From Alphaproteobacteria bacterium (GTDB lineage: Bacteria; Pseudomonadota; Alphaproteobacteria; JAAXGF01): a DNA stretch of 64,000 bases. Under the pieces are notes generated by a model, which was given only the letters and a program-made list of their open reading frames with translations, did not search any database and was not told where the DNA came from. Location: the NCBI GenBank assembly GCA_963555825.3, contig CAUVXB020000002.1, positions 768,001 to 832,000 of the forward strand. The letters are read 5' to 3'. Position numbers and translations under genes: made by a program. The stretch's first letter is position 1, and the number at the start of each line of letters is the position of its first letter. Positions 58,201-64,000 of the stretch are shown here, piece after piece.

Positions 58201-59382
58201 GTGACCAGCCAGACATCCGAGGCTCCGCGCGGCTTCGCGCGCGCCGAGTTCGAGCAGCGTTTGGCGCGCGCGCAACGGGCAATGGCCGACGACGACCTCG
58301 ACGCGCTGGTCGTCACCTCGGCGCCCAACGTGCGCTATTTCACTGGGCTGGCGACCGAGTTCTGGGAGAGCCCGACGCGTCCCTGGTTCGTCGTCGTGCC
58401 GCGCGAGGGCGAGCCGATCGCCGTGATCCCCGAGGTCGGCGGCCCGGGCATGGCGATGACCTGGGTCGGCGATATCCGCACCTGGCCGGCGCCGCGTCCG
58501 GCCGACGACGGCATCTCCTTGATGCGCGACACGCTCACCGAACTGCCGCGCCGAAGCGGGCGGATCGGCTGGGAGATGGGCCGCGAGTCGATCATACGCA
58601 TGCCGATCGTCGATTTCGACGCACTTCGCGCCGGCGCCGGCAACCTCGAGTTCGCCGACGGCTCGCCGACCATCTGGCGCCTGCGCGGCATCAAGTCGCC
58701 GGCCGAGATCGCGCGCCTGCGCCGCGTCTGCCAGATTGCCAGCGACGCCTTCGCGGCGCTGCCCGAAAAGCTGTGCATCGGCGAGACCGAGATCGATGCC
58801 TGCCGCAAGATGCGCGTTGAGCTGATCGAGCGTGGCGCCGACGGCGCGCCCTTCGTCGCGACGGTCTCGGGCGTCGGCGGCTACAGCCAGTGCATCGTCG
58901 GGCCGACCGAACGGGTTTTGAGCGACGGCGACGTGCTGTTCATCGACACCGGCGCGACCTACGACGGCTATTTCTGCGATTTCGACCGCAACTTCGCGTT
59001 CGGTGCGCTGTCGGACGCGGCCCGGCGCTGCCACGAGGCGGTCTGGGACGCGACCGAGGCCGGCATCGCCGCCGCGCGGCCGGGCGCGACGTCGAGCGAT
59101 CTGTTCCGCGCCATGTCGGGCGTGCTCGAGGCGGCCGGTTCGCGGGGCCTCAACGTCGGCCGCATGGGCCACGGCCTCGGCATGCAGCTGACCGAGCCGC
59201 CGTCGAACATGCCGGGCGACGAGACGCCGCTGGTGCCCGGCATGGTGATGACCATCGAGCCGGGCATGGAATACGCGCCCGGCCGCATGATCCTGCACGA
59301 AGAAAACGTCGTCATCACCGAGGACGGCTGCGAGCTGCTGACCCGCCGCGCGCCGCGCGACATGCCGATCATCGCCGGCTAG
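58201..59382 (+). CDS. M24-family peptidase (Xaa-Pro aminopeptidase/creatinase fold)
   Basis: IDTG, CDFDR, GHGLG, TIEPG and HEENV. Confidence 0.92.
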   Translation: MTSQTSEAPRGFARAEFEQRLARAQRAMADDDLDALVVTSAPNVRYFTGLATEFWESPTRPWFVVVPREGEPIAVIPEVGGPGMAMTWVGDIRTWPAPRPADDGISLMRDTLTELPRRSGRIGWEMGRESIIRMPIVDFDALRAGAGNLEFADGSPTIWRLRGIKSPAEIARLRRVCQIASDAFAALPEKLCIGETEIDACRKMRVELIERGADGAPFVATVSGVGGYSQCIVGPTERVLSDGDVLFIDTGATYDGYFCDFDRNFAFGALSDAARRCHEAVWDATEAGIAAARPGATSSDLFRAMSGVLEAAGSRGLNVGRMGHGLGMQLTEPPSNMPGDETPLVPGMVMTIEPGMEYAPGRMILHEENVVITEDGCELLTRRAPRDMPIIAG

Positions 59383-59586
59383 GTCAATCGGATTTCAGGA
59401 GTCGCCAATCGAATTTCGCGCGCCACCACCCTATAGAACGAAGTTTTTTTAATTGGAGTCGGGAACCATTTATCTTACTGTATTTATTCAATAACAATGG
59501 TGTCTGACCCCAGATTATTTAGACTCACGGTTGTGAGCGTCGGCCGCGTCGACGTTCGATCGACGCCGCCCGAGGCGAGGTGGCGC

Positions 59587-60525
59587 TCAGCGCCCGATGG
59601 CGGCCAGGTGGCGGGCGAAGTCGGGCTCGCCCATCAGCGTCTTGCAGCGCTCGAAGCGGTTGACCGCATAGGCCCAGAAGTCCTCGGCCGGGTTCTCGTT
59701 GGCGTGCTGGATGAGGCCCCACAGCGTCCACAACAGATCGCACATCGCCTTGTAGATGACCATGCGGCCGTAGACGTGCGCGGGCGCCGCGCCGCCGCAG
59801 TAGGCGTCCATCATCTCGCGGTCGTGGCGGGCCTCGAAGCCGGCCTCGACCGAGAGGTCGCCCAAGTCCCAGATCGGGTCGTTCATGCCCGAATATTCCC
59901 AGTCGACGATCCACATGCGCGCACCGTCGTCGAGCAAGTTTTCGCACAATGGGTCGCAGTGGCAGGGCGCCAGCGGGGTCGGGTTGGCGTCGAGCACCCG
60001 GCGCACCGCCTCGGCCTCGGCGACGACGTCGTGGTAGCCGTCGGGCAGCGCCGCGCCCTTGCCGTCGAGCAGCGCCAAGTAGTCGTCGATCATGGCGAAC
60101 AGCTCGAAGCGGAAGCGGAACTCCCGGCCGCAGTCGTGCAGTTGCTTAAACGCCCGCGCGGCGCGCGCCGGCGCGCCGGCGCTCGAGCGAAAGCTCTCGG
60201 GCGACATCGTCTCGGTGCCGTCGAGATAGCGCGTCACCATCAGCCCCGACGGCGCGTCGGCGTAGAGCAGCTCGGCCGAGACGCCGGCCTCGGCGGCGAG
60301 CCGCGCGTTGTGCATCTCGACTGCGCGGTCGATGTATTCCTCGGTGCCCTTGCCGGCCACGCGCAGCACGTAGCGCTCGGCGCCCGCCTCGATTCGATAC
60401 ACCAGGTTGGTCAGGCCGCCGAGCCGCTCGATCACGACGTCGTCGGCGCCGAGCCCGGCCAGCATCGGCACTGCCTTCATCGCCTCATGAGCCGCTTCCA
60501 TCGCCGTCTCCCCCTCGCTGGTCAT
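59587..60525 (-). CDS. Choline/ethanolamine kinase-like phosphotransferase
   Basis: GGLTN, CHCDPLCEN and DWEYSG. Confidence 0.9.
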   Translation of the reverse strand: MTSEGETAMEAAHEAMKAVPMLAGLGADDVVIERLGGLTNLVYRIEAGAERYVLRVAGKGTEEYIDRAVEMHNARLAAEAGVSAELLYADAPSGLMVTRYLDGTETMSPESFRSSAGAPARAARAFKQLHDCGREFRFRFELFAMIDDYLALLDGKGAALPDGYHDVVAEAEAVRRVLDANPTPLAPCHCDPLCENLLDDGARMWIVDWEYSGMNDPIWDLGDLSVEAGFEARHDREMMDAYCGGAAPAHVYGRMVIYKAMCDLLWTLWGLIQHANENPAEDFWAYAVNRFERCKTLMGEPDFARHLAAIGR

Positions 60526-62990
60526 GATTTCAACCTCGCCCCGGCCGGATCGTAGAGCGGGCTGTCGACGCGCCGCGCCGGATGGCGCACGCAGAACGCC
60601 TCGATCTCGAACACGCTCTCCGTCGCGAGCTCGGCCGGAAGATAGCCCATCAGGATCGTCTTGCCGATGGTATGGCCATAGCCCGCGCTGGTCACCAGGC
60701 TGACGACCGCCTCGTCGTGCAGGATCGTTTCGCCGCCGAACACGGCAATCCGGTCGTCGACCGTGAAGGTCGAGAGGCGGCGCGCGGGCGGTTCCGCGTT
60801 GGCGCGCTCGAGCGCGGCGCGGCCGATGAAACCGCCCTTCGATTTCAGGTGCACGCGCCCGCCGAGCCCGGCCTCAACCGGGTTGTAGTCGGGCGTCACG
60901 TCGGCGCTCCAATAGAGGTAGCCCTTCTCCATGCGGAGCGTCTGGATCGCCCGGTAGCCGACGTCGGCGATGTCGTGCGGTTCGCCGGCCCGCCACAGGG
61001 TCTGGTAGAGCTGGCGGGCGAATTCTGTCGGCACATGCAGCTCCCAGCCGAGCTCGCCGCCATAGCCGATGCGAATGGCGAGGACCGGCGCGGAGCCGAT
61101 GTTCAGCCGCCGCGCCGTGGCAAACGGGAAGCGCGCGTTATCGACCGGCGCGTCGGCGACGGCCTCGAGGACGCGCCGCGCGGCGGGGCCGCACAGGTTG
61201 ATCACCGCGGTGGCCGACGTGACCTCGGTCAGGACGGCCGATCCGTCGGCCGGCAGGTGACTTTCGATCCAATGCGCATCGTGCACGCCGAAGCCCGAGC
61301 CGGTGACGATGTAGAAGACGTCATCGGCGATCCGCGTCACGGTCAGGTCGGCCTCGATGCCGCCGTGTTCGTTGCACAACTGCGTATAGACGACACGGCC
61401 GACGGGCTTGTCCATGTTCGAGACTGCGAGGTGCTGCATGGCGTCGAGCGCGCCCAGGCCGCGCAGTTCGAACTTCGAGAAGCTGGTCTGGTCGATCAGC
61501 CCGACGCGCGTCCGCACGGCGCGGTGTTCCTCGGCCACGTACGGTTCCCAATTGGGGTTCTCGAAGGCGGCGCGGTCGACCGGCTCGACGCCGGCCGGCG
61601 CGAACCAGTTGGGCCGCTCCCAGCCGTTCGCCGAGCCGAACACCGCGCCCTTGGCGGCGAGCGTCTCATGCAGCGGGCTGAGGCGGACGTTGCGCGCGGC
61701 GACGCTGCCCTCGCCCGGGAAACGCATCTTGTAATGATGCGCGTAGTGTTCGACGGCGCGCGGGTACATGAATGCCCGAGTGCCGTGGTGGACGCCGAAG
61801 CGGCGTACGTCGAGCGGCCAGAGATCGAGGCTCGGCCGGCCCTCGACGATCCATTCGGCCATCATCTCGCCGGCCCCGCCGCCCGCCGCGATGCCGTAAA
61901 GAAAGCCGGTCGCGACGAACAGGTTGTCGCGCTCGGGCGCGCGGCCCATGACGAAATCGCCGTCCGCCGAATAAGGAATCGGGCCGTTGATCACCTGGCG
62001 CACGCCGACCTCGTTGACCACCGGTGTGACCTCGCCGGCGAGCGTCGCCAGCGGCTCGAAACGCTCGAAGTTCTCGGGCAGGAGCTGCTGGGCGAAGCCG
62101 TCGGGAATGCCGTTCTCGCCGAACGGCACGGTGTTGTCCTCGTAACCGCCGATCACCAGGCGGCCGCCGGCGTCGGGCTTGTAATAAACCAGTCGGTCGG
62201 GGTCGCGCATGTTGGGCAGGTCGTCGGGCATGCCGGGGATCGGCTCGGTCACGATGTACTGGTGCTCGAGCGCGCAGGCCGGCGCGTTGACGCCGAGCCC
62301 GGCGGCCAGCTCGCGGCTCCACATGCCGGCGGCGAGCACGACGGTTTCGGCCGCGATCGGACCGTCGGACGTTTCGACGCGGCTTATGCGGCGTCCCTCG
62401 GTCGCGAAGCCGGTGACTTCGACCCCCTCGCAGATTCGCACGCCGCGCGTCCGCGCGCCCTTGGCGATCGCCTGGCACAGGCTGGCCGGATCGACGTGGC
62501 CGTCGGACGGGATGTAGGCCGCGCCGAGCACACCGTCGCGCGACATCAGCGGGAACAGCGCTTCCGCCTCCGCCGCCGAGATCATGTGCGCCTCGAGGCC
62601 GAAGCTGCGCGCCATGGTGGTCAGGCGCTTTATCTCCATCATGCGCGCCTCGGAACAGGCGAGGCGCAGGCTGCCGGCCTTCCTCCACTCGATCGCCTGG
62701 CCCGTCTCGGCCTCGATCGCGTCGTAGAGCGCGACCGATTTCTGCAGCATGCGCGTCGTGTTGCGCGACGAGCGGAGCTGGCCGACCAGCCCGGCGGCGT
62801 GCCAGGTCGCGCCCTGGGTCAACCCGGCCTTCTCGACCAGCACGATGTCGCGCTCGCCCATCCTGGCCAGGTGATAGGCGATCGAGCAGCCGATGATGCC
62901 GCCGCCGATAATCAGGTACTGGCAGTGGCCGGGCGTGGTCGCTTGGTGGTCACGCCGCACGGGGTCGTGTTCATCACGATCGCCCATCAT
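60522..62990 (-). CDS. GcvT-family FAD-dependent oxidoreductase (dimethylglycine/sarcosine dehydrogenase-like)
   Basis: IIGGGIIG, TWHAAG, GWERP, ELGWEL and LRMEKGY; start coupled to the upstream stop. Confidence 0.93.
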   Translation of the reverse strand: MMGDRDEHDPVRRDHQATTPGHCQYLIIGGGIIGCSIAYHLARMGERDIVLVEKAGLTQGATWHAAGLVGQLRSSRNTTRMLQKSVALYDAIEAETGQAIEWRKAGSLRLACSEARMMEIKRLTTMARSFGLEAHMISAAEAEALFPLMSRDGVLGAAYIPSDGHVDPASLCQAIAKGARTRGVRICEGVEVTGFATEGRRISRVETSDGPIAAETVVLAAGMWSRELAAGLGVNAPACALEHQYIVTEPIPGMPDDLPNMRDPDRLVYYKPDAGGRLVIGGYEDNTVPFGENGIPDGFAQQLLPENFERFEPLATLAGEVTPVVNEVGVRQVINGPIPYSADGDFVMGRAPERDNLFVATGFLYGIAAGGGAGEMMAEWIVEGRPSLDLWPLDVRRFGVHHGTRAFMYPRAVEHYAHHYKMRFPGEGSVAARNVRLSPLHETLAAKGAVFGSANGWERPNWFAPAGVEPVDRAAFENPNWEPYVAEEHRAVRTRVGLIDQTSFSKFELRGLGALDAMQHLAVSNMDKPVGRVVYTQLCNEHGGIEADLTVTRIADDVFYIVTGSGFGVHDAHWIESHLPADGSAVLTEVTSATAVINLCGPAARRVLEAVADAPVDNARFPFATARRLNIGSAPVLAIRIGYGGELGWELHVPTEFARQLYQTLWRAGEPHDIADVGYRAIQTLRMEKGYLYWSADVTPDYNPVEAGLGGRVHLKSKGGFIGRAALERANAEPPARRLSTFTVDDRIAVFGGETILHDEAVVSLVTSAGYGHTIGKTILMGYLPAELATESVFEIEAFCVRHPARRVDSPLYDPAGARLKS

Positions 62991-64000
62991 CCGGTGACGC
63001 CGGTCGGATAGCGGGCCGCGTTCCAGAAGCCCTCGGGCGTCTCGAGCAGCGCGGCCAGGCCGGTGCGCTCGATCATCAGCGCGGTCTCGCTGCGCGCGTC
63101 GTCGAGCACCTCGGCCTCGTCGACGGTCGCGACCGCGCGGCCCGCCATCAACACCCGGCCGTCGACGATGACGGTGTCGACGTCGGCGCCGTTGGCGTAG
63201 TTCGGGATGCGGAAGAGCGGCATGTTTGGCGGGTAGAGATGCGGCTTGGCCATGTCGATCAGGATCACGTCGGCCTGCTTGCCGGCCTCCAGCGAGCCGA
63301 TCCGGTCTTCGAGGCCGAGCACGCGGGCGGCGTCGCACGTGACCATCTCGATGACCTTGCCGGGCGGCATGACCGCGGCGTCGTGGAAGTGGGTGCGCTG
63401 GTAGTGCATGCACTGGAACATATGGCGGAACATGTCGGCGCCGCGGTCGGGCGCGGTGCCGTCCGAGCCGATCGCCACGGTAACGCCGGCCTCGATCAGC
63501 TCGGGCGCCGGGCAGCGCGCGACAATCGAGGCGATGGCGCTCGGGTTGTGGACGATCTTTGTGTCGGTCTCGCGGCACAGCGCGATCTCGCGCGCCGACA
63601 TGTTGTTGCAATGCGACAGGAAGACGTTCGCGCCGAGCAGGCCGAACACCTCGTGGGCGATCTCGATCGAGCCGTTGCGGTGGCCGTCCTGGGTGAGCAG
63701 CAGGCCGCGGCCGCGCGCCATGTCGCGCACCGCGTGGGATTGCTCGATCAGTTCGCCGAGCGGCGCTTCGCCGCCGTCGACGTCGGCGCGGCCATAGACC
63801 GGCAGATTGAGCGCGATGTTGACGCGGCCTTGCGCCGCGCCGTGCCACTCCTCGATCAGCGTCTCGCTGCAGGCGAGCTGGTCGGCTTCGGTGATCGCGA
63901 GCGGCACCGCGGTGTCGCCCTCCCAGCGCGCGAAGCGCCGCGGAAACGGCGGCCGGCACGGCCCGACGGCGAGGAACGAGCGGATGCCGATCTCTTCGAT
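62987..64000 (-). CDS. Amidohydrolase-family protein (partial, 5' end outside the window)
   Basis: SHC, VHNP, GSDG and GSLEAGKQAD; frame open to the window edge. Confidence 0.88.
   Translation of the reverse strand: MEEIGIRSFLAVGPCRPPFPRRFARWEGDTAVPLAITEADQLACSETLIEEWHGAAQGRVNIALNLPVYGRADVDGGEAPLGELIEQSHAVRDMARGRGLLLTQDGHRNGSIEIAHEVFGLLGANVFLSHCNNMSAREIALCRETDTKIVHNPSAIASIVARCPAPELIEAGVTVAIGSDGTAPDRGADMFRHMFQCMHYQRTHFHDAAVMPPGKVIEMVTCDAARVLGLEDRIGSLEAGKQADVILIDMAKPHLYPPNMPLFRIPNYANGADVDTVIVDGRVLMAGRAVATVDEAEVLDDARSETALMIERTGLAALLETPEGFWNAARYPTGVTG

Noticed and set aside
62991-63959. N-terminal extension of the 1145-aa GcvT ORF
   Set aside because: Shadow frame overlapping the amidohydrolase gene; the real start is near 62990

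Overview
High-GC bacterial chromosome segment, probably from an alphaproteobacterium (inferred from gene content and the tRNA-Met sequence). The main feature is a ~9.9 kb tailless, head-encoding phage-satellite-like element integrated in the 3' end of tRNA-Met(CAT) (3750-13684). It encodes an integrase, an AlpA/Xis-like protein, a primase-helicase, a lambda-type portal, an HK97-type capsid and protease, a GpA-type terminase and a gpW-like protein. It also carries an unannotated ~70-nt tRNA/tmRNA-like fold with an alanine-type acceptor stem (G3.U70, A73) and a CUA (amber) triplet in a 7-nt loop. Other notable items: mnmA preceded by a trans-sulfuration PLP enzyme fused to two NfuA/NifU domains; two tandem secreted caspase-like paralogs with variable, AT-rich C-terminal modules, one split by an in-frame TAG; an IS1111-group IS110 whose 3' non-coding region matches its own target flanks (bridge/seekRNA guides); and a LysR-ABC-GdmH-like ureohydrolase-nickel permease operon beside amine-catabolic genes. 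Seven IS copies are present, three of which disrupt genes. All family calls come from motif recognition by eye; no database searches were run.
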